Source: an uncultured Clostridium sp. (lineage in GTDB: Bacteria > Bacillota > Clostridia > TANB77 > CAG-508). From it: 64,000 nucleotides of DNA. Position 1 is the stretch's first letter. Every line of letters begins with the position of its first letter. Location of the stretch: the NCBI GenBank assembly GCA_964370265.1, contig CAYJIP010000002.1, forward strand, positions 52,620 through 116,619, read 5' to 3'. Below are positions 28,461 to 38,298 of the stretch, piece by piece. The translations under genes and the position numbers were made by a program. The notes under the pieces were generated by a model. That model ran no database searches. It saw nothing but the letters and a program-made list of their open reading frames with translations, and had not been told where the DNA came from.

Positions 28461-29324
28461 TTATTTATTATTTCTTATTTCTAGTATCTCTTGTTTTGAT
28501 AAAGTTGTAATCTCTGAAATTTGTTCAATACTCATATTGTTTTTTAGCAGCTTTTCTGCAATTATTACTTTTCCTTGTTGAATTCCTTCTTCTCTTCCTT
28601 CTTCTAATCCTCTATCATAATTATTTTTCATTGCATCATTATATTTTCTTTTATCATCTTCTTCTCTTTCTATATATTCTAATATATCTTCATCTTCTAC
28701 TAATTTTTCTACTTCTTTATATAATTTTACAATATTATTATTTATCCCCATAACTTCTCCCATTTCTTTCATATCTTCACATAGTATTGCTATTAACCAT
28801 TGTACTAGTTTTTCATTTAAATTATGTTTTACTTTTTTGAATTTTGGTAATTCTATTAAAAACATTTTCATTTTTGTATTCAAATTTTGCACTTCATGAA
28901 CAACTCCATTTTTATCTACTTTTTCTATTTTATAGTTTGTTTCTGATATGTAGTTATATTCATCTATGAATAACTCAAAATCTAAAATTCCTATTACTAT
29001 TACATTCTTAGCTTTACTATAGTCTTCTCCTGCTTTCATACTTTCTGTATATATTTTAGATTGGTAAAACAAAAATCTTTCTATCGTATTATGCTCATTT
29101 GTTACTTGCATCTCTATATTTATTTTTGTTCCATCTTCTAATTCTGTTAATATATCTAATATTCCAAATTTAGAATCTTTTCTATATTTTTCTAATGTAA
29201 AATCTTTACTTAATATTTTTATATCTTTTATTTCATATTTTGTTATTGATTTTAATAAATCTATTAATGGTTCTTTATTTTTAGAAAATACTAACTTAAA
29301 TATGAAATCTCTTTTTAGTGTCAC
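28461..29324 (-). CDS. Rpn-family recombination-promoting nuclease / PD-(D/E)XK putative transposase
   Basis: FIFKLVFSKNKEPLIDLLKSI ... GILDILTELEDGTKINIEMQ (PD-(D/E)XK core). Start uncertain: the GTG at 29324 has no SD, and a strong GGAGG lies 36 nt upstream, followed by an in-frame ATA. Confidence 0.7.
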   Translation of the reverse strand: MTLKRDFIFKLVFSKNKEPLIDLLKSITKYEIKDIKILSKDFTLEKYRKDSKFGILDILTELEDGTKINIEMQVTNEHNTIERFLFYQSKIYTESMKAGEDYSKAKNVIVIGILDFELFIDEYNYISETNYKIEKVDKNGVVHEVQNLNTKMKMFLIELPKFKKVKHNLNEKLVQWLIAILCEDMKEMGEVMGINNNIVKLYKEVEKLVEDEDILEYIEREEDDKRKYNDAMKNNYDRGLEEGREEGIQQGKVIIAEKLLKNNMSIEQISEITTLSKQEILEIRNNK

Positions 29325-29821
29325 TTTATTATTTATGAATTTTTCTATATCTATATTTTACCTCCTGATGATAACATAAAAACGAGTAAATTTCAACTTA
29401 TATATTAAATATTGTCTAGTTTAAACTTATATATTTTATCTTTTTTCTTATGTTCAGTCCTTGGTATTTAATTTTGATTTTTATTATGATTTCGAATTAA
29501 ATTATATTTTTATTTTGAATTGTTTTTCGTAATTTAAAATAATTACTGATTTAAAATTGTTTGAATTAAATTTTATGATTATTTGAATTAAATCTTAAAA
29601 TTAATTGAATTAATTAACTAGGTAAATTAAAATATTTTAATTTTTTAATATTATTAACATAGTTATATTTTAAAGTAATCACATTATATATTCATTTTTA
29701 ATGTATGTCTATAGTTTTACTATTTTATGCAACATTCATCTCCAACTTCTATATTTTTATTATATAACAGCATAAAAAAATGAAGACATTAATATATCTT
29801 CACTTTTCTAATACTTTCATT

Positions 29822-30100
29822 TTAATTGTTTAATATATGTATGATTACAAAAATAGAAAGCGGTATTGAAATACTACAAAAATCTTTAAGGCATTCTTCA
29901 ATATATATGCCTTTTTTAATAATATTACCTTTTACAACTGACAAAATAATTGTTCCTATATTTAATAATATCATTAAAATCATTGTACTATTATATTCCC
30001 GAAACATACTGAATATAGAAGATATCATTAATCCTTCCATACATAATAATTTAATAACACTACCTATTATAGCTTTCTTTTTCTTCGATTTCTCATTCAT
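29822..30100 (-). CDS. hypothetical small membrane protein
   Basis: 92 aa, 3 hydrophobic segments. A terminator-like hairpin lies at about 29776..29808. Confidence 0.4.
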   Translation of the reverse strand: MNEKSKKKKAIIGSVIKLLCMEGLMISSIFSMFREYNSTMILMILLNIGTIILSVVKGNIIKKGIYIEECLKDFCSISIPLSIFVIIHILNN

Positions 30101-30231
30101 TATACATTCCTCCTAAAATAAAATTAATTCTAGGAGTGTTAACTCTACTAGAATCTTAGTAAAGTTATATACTCATTTACATGACTATAATTATATCACT
30201 TCTTTTACTTTATGTCAACTTCGCCTATATT

Positions 30232-30888
30232 CTATATTTCTTTAAAATTCAAATACCAACTAATACCTTTATTGTTTTCTTTCATATACTCTAATCTTTG
30301 CTCTAATTCTTGATATGTTTTAGGAGGAGGTATAATTCCTGGTTGCCCACTCATCCAATTAGCTGGCATTAATAATTTTTCTTGTTCAGAAGTTTGTAAT
30401 GCTTTTAATGTTCTTAATATTTCTGGAATAAATCTACCTATATTCATTGGATAACTTAATATCACTCTAACAATCCCATTAGGATCTATTATATATACAT
30501 TTCTAACTGTTTCATAATTGCTAATATCTTTTGAAATCATTCCATATTTCCTTGCTAATATTCCATTTTTATCTTCTATTATTGGGAAAGGTATTTTAAT
30601 TCCTGTTTTTAAAAACATATCATATACCCACGCTAAATGAGAACTATTACTATCTACACTTAAACCCAATAATTCTGCATTTAATTCTTTAAAAAAATCA
30701 TATGCATTAGCAAATGCTATCATTTCTGTTGTACATACTGAGGTAAAATCTGCTGGATGTGAGAATAATATTAACCATTTACCTTCATAATCATTTAATT
30801 TAACTTCTCCCATTGTTGTCATTATACAAAAATCTGGTGCTTTTTCACCTATTTTAAGATTCTTATTTTCCAATAATTCATAATCCAT
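30232..30888 (-). CDS. peroxiredoxin (Prx6/1-Cys-like subfamily)
   Basis: FSHPADFTSVCTTE active-site motif; AWVYD; 218 aa. Confidence 0.85.
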   Translation of the reverse strand: MDYELLENKNLKIGEKAPDFCIMTTMGEVKLNDYEGKWLILFSHPADFTSVCTTEMIAFANAYDFFKELNAELLGLSVDSNSSHLAWVYDMFLKTGIKIPFPIIEDKNGILARKYGMISKDISNYETVRNVYIIDPNGIVRVILSYPMNIGRFIPEILRTLKALQTSEQEKLLMPANWMSGQPGIIPPPKTYQELEQRLEYMKENNKGISWYLNFKEI

Positions 30889-31065
30889 AAATATACTCCT
30901 CTTTAATTAATTTGTATATTCTATGTGTATATATTTATTTGGTACATATTTACATATATAATTCTTAAAATAACTAAAACTATCTTGTTATTCTTATAAA
31001 ATTTATAGAATATTCAAATTATATATTGTATTTACAAAAATATCACTAAAAAGGAAAAATATTTT

Positions 31066-32265
31066 TTAATATTCACATTCTAAATTTATTTTAATTAACT
31101 CCCCTTTGTATACAATACTTAGTATTAACTCTTCTGAAATATCATATTTAGTTAAATCAAATGTTTGCCAATAAGTAATTACTCCTGTCATATAATCATC
31201 TGCATATCCACTATCTTCGCTACTACTATTAGTTGGAAAATATTTTTCACCTTCACTTGTTTCAATATATACATCTTCACCAAATAACTGCAAATTGCTT
31301 AAATCCCCTTTTTCGAATTCTTCTTTTAGAACTTCTAATTTTTCTGATATTTTATTATTAATGATTTCTGGTGTATCATTTTCTTCGTAAATCACATCTT
31401 CTTTAATTTCAAGCTCTACTCTCATGTTAGTATCATTTAAAGTCGCTTTAGTTATTACTAACTTTTCATTCGTACTATCTACAACTTTATATTCAACACT
31501 TTCTCTATTATAAAATTTTTCTGGTAAATCTACCATTATATCCCATTCACCTTTAATTGATTCTAAACTTTCTATAAATATTTCTTCGAAAGAAATATTT
31601 ATAGATTTACTTAGAGGGAAATTTTCTGCTGTTAAGTTGTATACTAATTCTATTTCATTAGAGTTTATTTGTTTTGTTTTTATATAATAGTTTATACCTG
31701 GATTTATATAATTTTCATCAAATGTCTCATTATATTTATAGTCCAAACTATTATTTCTAATAAATTCGTTAAATGTTTTTTCATCTTCACAATATAAAAT
31801 TCGATTTTCATTGTCTACTATTATTAAATTAGACAACATTAATTTTTCAATTTTTTGTATATCCAAATCAGCGGGTAATTTAAGATTGATACTAAAACTC
31901 AAATTATTATCTGTCATTAATATGTTATTTAACTTAACATCAACTCCAGCCGAATGAACATAATCCATTTTTGATGTTTCTATATAACCATTTTCAATGG
32001 CTATATCCATACCTTTATTATTGTTGAAAAATTTATTAACTCTGTCAGAAATGTTTGTTGCAAATACCACACTTGTTGACAAACTAACTACTATTAATCC
32101 AGCAGCTATATTTCGTTTAAGTACATTATTTTTCCTTTTTTTCACACTAGTTAAATCTACATTTCGTATTGTTTCTTTTATATATAAAGGAGTGTCTTTT
32201 TCATGTTTTTTCATAGATTCTTTCAATACTTTTTCAAATTCTTTCATATCTTTTTTCCTCCTCAA
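31066..32265 (-). CDS. anti-sigma factor-like membrane protein (DUF4179-like extracytoplasmic domain)
   Basis: Short cytoplasmic N-terminus, one TM (IAAGLIVVSLSTSVVFA) and a large outer domain. Overlaps the stop of the ECF sigma gene. The true start may be ATG 32247. Confidence 0.6.
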   Translation of the reverse strand: MRRKKDMKEFEKVLKESMKKHEKDTPLYIKETIRNVDLTSVKKRKNNVLKRNIAAGLIVVSLSTSVVFATNISDRVNKFFNNNKGMDIAIENGYIETSKMDYVHSAGVDVKLNNILMTDNNLSFSINLKLPADLDIQKIEKLMLSNLIIVDNENRILYCEDEKTFNEFIRNNSLDYKYNETFDENYINPGINYYIKTKQINSNEIELVYNLTAENFPLSKSINISFEEIFIESLESIKGEWDIMVDLPEKFYNRESVEYKVVDSTNEKLVITKATLNDTNMRVELEIKEDVIYEENDTPEIINNKISEKLEVLKEEFEKGDLSNLQLFGEDVYIETSEGEKYFPTNSSSEDSGYADDYMTGVITYWQTFDLTKYDISEELILSIVYKGELIKINLECEY

Positions 32266-32773
32266 ATTTTTTTCTCAATTTTTGTATCGCTCTACTTAGC
32301 CTACTTTTAGCAGTATTTATATTTATTTTTAAAATTTCTGAAATTTGTTTGTTTGTAAATCCGCTTTCATAATGTAATAATATTATGAGTTTGTCATCGA
32401 ATTCCAATTCTTCTATAATATCATATACATTTAATTTATCTATTAAGTTTGAGATATGAATATTTTGATCTGATATTTCAAAAGATTCACTTATATTTAC
32501 TATTTTAATTTGTCTTTTTGCCTGCTCTTTATAAATTTTATTACACTCATTTATATAAATCCTTATTACCCATGTCTTGAAATATTTATTATTCTTCAAT
32601 TTTTTAATATTTTTATATGTATAAATCATAGTGTTTTGTATTGCATCTTTAATATCTTCTTCTTCCTTTAATCGTAAGTTACCGATTCTATATAAATCCT
32701 TTTCTAAAGTTTCTACAAGTTCCCTAAATGCGAATTCATCACCTTTTTTAGCTTTTTTTACCAATTCTTCCAT
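32234..32773 (-). CDS. ECF-type sigma-70 family RNA polymerase sigma factor
   Basis: Region 2 (DAIQNTMIYTYKNIKKLKNNKYFKTWVIRIYINE) and region 4 HTH (NKQISEILKININTAKSRLSRAIQKLR). Confidence 0.8.
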   Translation of the reverse strand: MEELVKKAKKGDEFAFRELVETLEKDLYRIGNLRLKEEEDIKDAIQNTMIYTYKNIKKLKNNKYFKTWVIRIYINECNKIYKEQAKRQIKIVNISESFEISDQNIHISNLIDKLNVYDIIEELEFDDKLIILLHYESGFTNKQISEILKININTAKSRLSRAIQKLRKKFEEEKRYERI

Positions 32774-33152
32774 TATTACTCCTTTCTTCTATACTATATA
32801 TAAGTAGTTTAGCTACTTACATATTTTAGATTGTATACTTATTAGATATTATTCTATCTCTCTTTGGGTGCATCAGAAGATAAAATTATATTGCTTCATA
32901 CAATTTATTATTATCAAAACTACTGTTTTTAATATTTTTATCAGTTCTTTAATCTTCTCATTTTTAATCATATATACTTTGTCAAAATATTTTATTTGTC
33001 ATCTTACAATGTATACTTCTATACATTTAATATATATTCACTTCCAATACCACAACTTGACATAACATGCTATCTTACTATATAATACTTGAGAGGACAT
33101 TTTGAAAGTGATAAGAAACAGAATATTGACAGACTTTAAAGGAGACAAAACT

Positions 33153-33503
33153 ATGACTAACATTTTAATTTTAGCACAAAATCTTATTGATATCTTAGCA
33201 CAAATTCTTATTGAAGATGACTTATATGAAAATGATTTTAGCTATAAGCTAGATATCGAAAGTCCAGACATTGATAACAATCTTAATGACTTTTTTGATA
33301 TATTCCATAATATATCAAACCTTTCTAATGATTTTTCTGACTGTGATGATCTAATTGAATTATTAGAACCTAATTCAGACATGTTATCAGCTGTTTATTC
33401 TTCTATAACTGAAGACGAATCTATCATATGGGATGAATATTTAGAACAAGATAAAATTAAACTTTTAACATCTAAATTAGAAATATTAATTGAATTATTA
33501 TAA
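33153..33503 (+). CDS. hypothetical acidic protein (116 aa)
   Basis: ATG at 33153 lies 7 nt after AAAGGAG. A terminator hairpin follows at 33537..33567. Confidence 0.45.
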   Translation: MTNILILAQNLIDILAQILIEDDLYENDFSYKLDIESPDIDNNLNDFFDIFHNISNLSNDFSDCDDLIELLEPNSDMLSAVYSSITEDESIIWDEYLEQDKIKLLTSKLEILIELL

Positions 33504-33536
33504 TTTTATCGGTCCTTCAAAAACTCTTATCACAAT

Positions 33537-33567
33537 AAAAAGCTTACATATTGTAAGCTTTTTTTAT
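33537..33567 (+). terminator. terminator hairpin
   Basis: aagcttaca-tat-tgtaagctt plus T-run. Confidence 0.7.
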
Positions 33568-33657
33568 TTTCTCATTTTTTATTTTTAATTTTTTATTTTT
33601 AACTCTATAATAAATATTAGAATTGAACTTTAATATTTATTTTATCCTTATCTATAT

Positions 33658-34740
33658 CTATTTTCCTATCTGTTCTTCTATGTATTTAACTCCATCATTA
33701 TATTCTTTGTAAGTTTTTTCATTCTCCTCTATCAACTCATCATTAATCATATATTTTTCTTTTAATTCTAATATTCGTTTTACAGATTTATTTATTTTGT
33801 ATTCTTTAATCTTATTTTTTTCAATTTCTCTGTATATTTTACTAAATATTTTATCCTTATTTTTACTTTTAAATAAAACTATGTCATTTCCGGATTTTAA
33901 TGCTTTCAAAATCGGTTTGTATGAACCATATCTTAATGATATAGCTTTCATTCTTAAATCATCTGTTATAATTATTCCTTTAAACCTAAATTTTCCCCTT
34001 AAATATGTACATATGATTTTTTTTGAAAAAGACGTTGGATTTATTTTATCCATTTTTAATATTTTTATATGACTCGCTAAAATAACATCTGCTCCGTTAT
34101 GTATCAATTCTTTAAATGGATACATATCTTCATTTTCTAATTCACTTAAGTTTTTATTCGTAATTGATATCATCACATGTGTATCTCTTTTTGTCACACC
34201 ATGACCTGGAAAGTGCTTTATTACAGGTACGACTTCATTTTCCACGTGTTTTTCTATATATAGTTTTCCTGCTTTAACTATTTTTTCTCTATTCTCACTT
34301 ATACATCTGTCTCCAATTGCATGTTTTTCACGAAATCTTTTTATATCTAATGATGGAGCAAAATTCATATTTATCCCTGTATTTTTTAAAACTTGTGACG
34401 TTATTTCGCTTGATTTTCCTATTAGCTTATAGTCTTTTTGAGCTATTGAATATGGTGAAGGCATCTTTAAAAATTCTTTAGGTAATCTATTAACTCTTCC
34501 GCCTTCTTGGTCTATTGCAATTAAAAGTGGTATTTTATTTACACTATTTAATTTTTTAATATAATTTATTAATTCTATCATTTCTGAATAATTATTATAG
34601 TTTTTCCTATAAATCATTATTCCTCCAACTTTATATTTTAAAATCAAGTCTTCAACAACTGATATAGGTCCATTTTTATTAATTCCAACTAAAATCATTT
34701 GCCCTATTTTTTCTTCCAAACTAAGATTATTAATATTCAT
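33658..34740 (-). CDS. nagZ: beta-N-acetylhexosaminidase (GH3, NagZ-like)
   Basis: IDQEGGRVNRL, KHFPGHG, ITDDL motifs. Confidence 0.8.
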   Translation of the reverse strand: MNINNLSLEEKIGQMILVGINKNGPISVVEDLILKYKVGGIMIYRKNYNNYSEMIELINYIKKLNSVNKIPLLIAIDQEGGRVNRLPKEFLKMPSPYSIAQKDYKLIGKSSEITSQVLKNTGINMNFAPSLDIKRFREKHAIGDRCISENREKIVKAGKLYIEKHVENEVVPVIKHFPGHGVTKRDTHVMISITNKNLSELENEDMYPFKELIHNGADVILASHIKILKMDKINPTSFSKKIICTYLRGKFRFKGIIITDDLRMKAISLRYGSYKPILKALKSGNDIVLFKSKNKDKIFSKIYREIEKNKIKEYKINKSVKRILELKEKYMINDELIEENEKTYKEYNDGVKYIEEQIGK

Positions 34741-34873
34741 ACTACTACCTGCACTTCTACATTTTTTCTTCTTTTAAATATTATATCTCTTTATATTTTT
34801 TAATTCAATAGATTTTTAAGTTAATTTATGGTATACTTTCCCTATTAAAATTTAATTATAAAGGAGAAACTTT

Positions 34874-36661
34874 ATGGCCTTTGACGGTATAGTAACAAAA
34901 GCAATAGCAACTGAACTCCAAGGACTTTCAGGTGCAAGAATAGATAAGATATTACATCCTATTAGAAATTCCGTTATGCTCGGTTTTTATACAAATAGAA
35001 CTAATCACTTACTTAATATTTGTATAGATTCTAGTAATTATAGAATGACATTAACAAAATACCCTAAACCTAATCCAAAAGTTGCGACCAACTTTTGTAT
35101 GATTTTAAGAAAACATCTTTTAGGTTTATTTTTAAAAAATGTTATAACAACTAATCTAGAAAGAATTATTACTTTAGAGTTTGAAGGATTAAATGATATT
35201 GATGATGTAATATCTAAAAAATTAGTTATTGAATTAATGGGAAAACATTGTAATATTATACTTCTAGATGATAATAGCATAATCATTGATAGTCTTAGAC
35301 ATATTTTAGGTGATGAAAATACAAGAAGTATTTTACCTCATCATAAATATATTACACCTAAAAGTGATAAATTATATATTCTTGATTTTTCAATAGATGA
35401 AAATATAGAGAAAATACAAAATAATTTTACAAATACTTTATCTGAAACAATTTGTACTATTTATACGGGATTATCTAAATCTTTTGTTGATTCTATTGTT
35501 TCAGATTTAAATATTTATATTAATGATAATTCTTCTCAGTCAATACAAAAATTATTAACTAAAATTATTGAACTAATTTCTAAAACAGATGGTAGCTCTT
35601 TAGCTATAAGACCAGTTTATATAAATGATTTTCCTAAAGATTTCATCTTATGTGATAATAGTCTAAATAAGGAATTTGAATCTAATCAATTTTTAATTAA
35701 TTATGCTTTAGATGAGTTATATAATAAAAAGGAAAATTCTGAAACTTTTAGAAACAAAAAAAACAACTTAACTAAAACAATATCTGACATACATAAAAAA
35801 ATATTAAAAAAATTAAAAAATATGGATGAAAAATTAAAATCTTGTGAAAATATGGATCAATATATGCTGTATGGTGAATTACTAACTGCTAATTTGTATT
35901 CTATAAAAAATATTTCATATAATCTATCAGAAATAACAGTTTTTAATTACTATACTAATTCAGATATTATTATTCCTTTAGATAAAAAATATTCACCTAC
36001 GTTTAATACTAAATTATATTACAAAAAATATAACAAATTAAAAAACACCTTAGAAATTGTTACTAAACAAAAAATCGAAGCACATGAAGAATTAAAATAC
36101 ATTGAGAGTATCATGTTTGCATTAGAAGGTTCACATACTATTGAAGATATTACTGATATTTCTGATGAAATTACTGAAAATATTACTATTAAAGAAAAAA
36201 TAAATATTCAAAATAATGCTAAAAATTTAAGTAAAAAACAAAATAACAAGCAAAATAAAAATGTTAAATCAAATACTGTTAAAAAATCTACTTCTAGCAC
36301 AAAAAATTCTTTGAATTTTAACCCTATCAAATATGTAATAGATAACTATACTCTTTTGGTTGGTAGAAATAATAAAGAAAATGATTATTTAACTTTAAAG
36401 TATGCTCAAAAAAGTGATATTTGGTTTCACACAAAAGATATTCACGGAAGTCACTGCATTTTAAGTTTAGCAGATAAAAATACTATACCTTCTGATGAAA
36501 TATTATTAAAATGTGCTGAAATCGCTGCAAAACATAGTAAAGCTAAGGATTCTTCTAATGTACCTATCGATTATTGCGAAGTGAAATTTGTGAAAAAACC
36601 CAATAACTCAAAACCTGGCATGGTTATTTATACAAATAATAAAACATTATATGTTTTATAG
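34874..36661 (+). CDS. rqcH: ribosome quality-control protein RqcH (NFACT / FbpA family)
   Basis: MAFDGIVTKAIATEL N-terminus. C-terminal NFACT-R motif DIWFHTKDIHGSHCIL. Confidence 0.85.
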   Translation: MAFDGIVTKAIATELQGLSGARIDKILHPIRNSVMLGFYTNRTNHLLNICIDSSNYRMTLTKYPKPNPKVATNFCMILRKHLLGLFLKNVITTNLERIITLEFEGLNDIDDVISKKLVIELMGKHCNIILLDDNSIIIDSLRHILGDENTRSILPHHKYITPKSDKLYILDFSIDENIEKIQNNFTNTLSETICTIYTGLSKSFVDSIVSDLNIYINDNSSQSIQKLLTKIIELISKTDGSSLAIRPVYINDFPKDFILCDNSLNKEFESNQFLINYALDELYNKKENSETFRNKKNNLTKTISDIHKKILKKLKNMDEKLKSCENMDQYMLYGELLTANLYSIKNISYNLSEITVFNYYTNSDIIIPLDKKYSPTFNTKLYYKKYNKLKNTLEIVTKQKIEAHEELKYIESIMFALEGSHTIEDITDISDEITENITIKEKINIQNNAKNLSKKQNNKQNKNVKSNTVKKSTSSTKNSLNFNPIKYVIDNYTLLVGRNNKENDYLTLKYAQKSDIWFHTKDIHGSHCILSLADKNTIPSDEILLKCAEIAAKHSKAKDSSNVPIDYCEVKFVKKPNNSKPGMVIYTNNKTLYVL

Positions 36662-36699
36662 AGTAATTATATGTTTTGTAATAATCATATTTTAGAATC

Positions 36700-36740
36700 A
36701 AAAAAGACAAAATTATTATTTCTAATATTTTGTCTTTTTT
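36700..36740. terminator. terminator hairpin
   Basis: aaaagacaaaat / attttgtctttt 12-bp stem plus T-run. Confidence 0.7.
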
Positions 36741-36816
36741 CGTTTTATTTTTATTCAATTTTACAATTCTATTTATACTTTAGTTTTATTTTAGCATTAG
36801 TTTTTTATATTCTATT

Positions 36817-37287
36817 TTAGAAGAATATTATTAATCTAATAGCTACTCCTAAAATAACTTCTGGTGTGACTAATTCTGCTATTACGTCTTCTATCTCTTT
36901 TACATCTGGTCGCTCTGAAACAATTTCTATTTTATATCCTTCTACATCATGTACATTGAAAAAGAATTCAAACATATTCGAATCATTTTGAGGTAAATCC
37001 GCTATTTTTAGATATTTTACACCTAATATATTATCTCTTTCTGAATATAACTCTATTTTTAAGTATTGTTCTGAATTATTTGATATTAATTCTTCAGATA
37101 AAAAACCTCTTATTCTTCCATTTATACTTGTAGCTTCTGCTTGAAATATTTCTATTTCTTGCGATACTTCTATTTCTTCAATTTTATTATATGCTGAATT
37201 CAAACTAACATTAATTAAAAAATTAGAAAATATATAAAATAACGCTATCCATAATATATATTTTGTTATTTGTTTTAATCTATCCAT
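36817..37287 (-). CDS. hypothetical bitopic membrane protein (paralog A)
   Basis: 156 aa with N- and C-terminal TM. Paralog of 37776..38243 (MDRLKQITKYILWI.. vs MDRMKQLIKYVLWI..). Confidence 0.55.
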   Translation of the reverse strand: MDRLKQITKYILWIALFYIFSNFLINVSLNSAYNKIEEIEVSQEIEIFQAEATSINGRIRGFLSEELISNNSEQYLKIELYSERDNILGVKYLKIADLPQNDSNMFEFFFNVHDVEGYKIEIVSERPDVKEIEDVIAELVTPEVILGVAIRLIIFF

Positions 37288-37422
37288 TTATTCTCCTATA
37301 ACAATTTTTTCTCTACTCTATATATTACCATATTTTATACTTGATGTCAAACAAAGAGCCCTCAAAAACTTGAGGACTCTTTGTTTTTTAGATCAATTCA
37401 CATTTCTACTCATTTTATATTT

Positions 37423-37674
37423 TTAATCTAAGTGATTTTGCAAATTTTCATGTTTTTCATATATTTTCGCAACAACGATTGCTAAATATTCTGTACCTTT
37501 TATACATGAAAATGTATAAGTATTTTCATCTTTTTTTTGAACATTTTGTGGTTTTACAATAAACCCTAAAACCTCTTCTTCACCTTCTCTTGGAAAACTT
37601 GCTACTATTGAACAATTTTCTTGTGGTACTTCTGCTACTTTAATTTTTACCATCTGTCTTTCCTCCGTTGTCAT
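37423..37674 (-). CDS. hypothetical small protein (83 aa)
   Basis: ORF between the two paralogs. A terminator-like hairpin lies at about 37349..37388. Confidence 0.4.
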   Translation of the reverse strand: MTTEERQMVKIKVAEVPQENCSIVASFPREGEEEVLGFIVKPQNVQKKDENTYTFSCIKGTEYLAIVVAKIYEKHENLQNHLD

Positions 37675-37775
37675 AGACTTTACAAAGTCGTTTTTTTATT
37701 ATAGCATTTGCTATTAAACGGATTATATCACATTTACACATACATAGCAATTACAAAAATTGAATTTCACTTTAA

Positions 37776-38243
37776 TTATGCCCAAAATATTAGCATTACA
37801 ACTATTGTTCCAAATATTATTTGTGATTGAGTTAATTCCGTTGATAATAATGTAATTGGTTCCGCTTCTGGCTTTGTATCAACTATTTCCATTTTGTAAC
37901 TTTCTACATTATCTACATCAAACAATATTTCAAATGCTTCTGTTTCTTCTATATATCCTAGCTCAACATATGTTGTACCTAACAAAATATCTCTTTCTGA
38001 ATATAATTCTGTTTTTAAATATTTACCCGATATTTCGTCTGTTTCTTCTGATAGTATTACACCTCTTATTCTCCCATTTATTTTTGTAGATTCTGCTTGA
38101 TATACGTCTATTTGATAATTTTTATCTAATCTTTGCATACCATTATATGATGAATTTAAACTTACATTTATTAAAAAATTTGAAAGTATAAAAAATCCAA
38201 TTATCCATAATACATATTTTATTAGTTGTTTCATTCTATCCAT
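37776..38243 (-). CDS. hypothetical bitopic membrane protein (paralog B)
   Basis: 155 aa with the same architecture as 36817..37287. Confidence 0.55.
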   Translation of the reverse strand: MDRMKQLIKYVLWIIGFFILSNFLINVSLNSSYNGMQRLDKNYQIDVYQAESTKINGRIRGVILSEETDEISGKYLKTELYSERDILLGTTYVELGYIEETEAFEILFDVDNVESYKMEIVDTKPEAEPITLLSTELTQSQIIFGTIVVMLIFWA

Positions 38244-38298
38244 AGCTTTTCTCCTTATCTTAATTACTCTTAAATAATATCATCTATTAAGAATTATG

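Noticed and set aside
28439-28473. Five perfect copies of the 7-bp unit ATTATTT spanning the Rpn gene stop; checked as a possible CRISPR or other repeat array
   Set aside because: This is a simple AT microsatellite with no spacers and no repeat-spacer periodicity. No cas genes are present in the window.
37677-37700. Small hairpin gacttt/aaagtc with a T-run on the plus strand
   Set aside because: It overlaps the start region of the minus-strand 83-aa ORF. No plus-strand gene is available to terminate, and the stem is only 6 bp.
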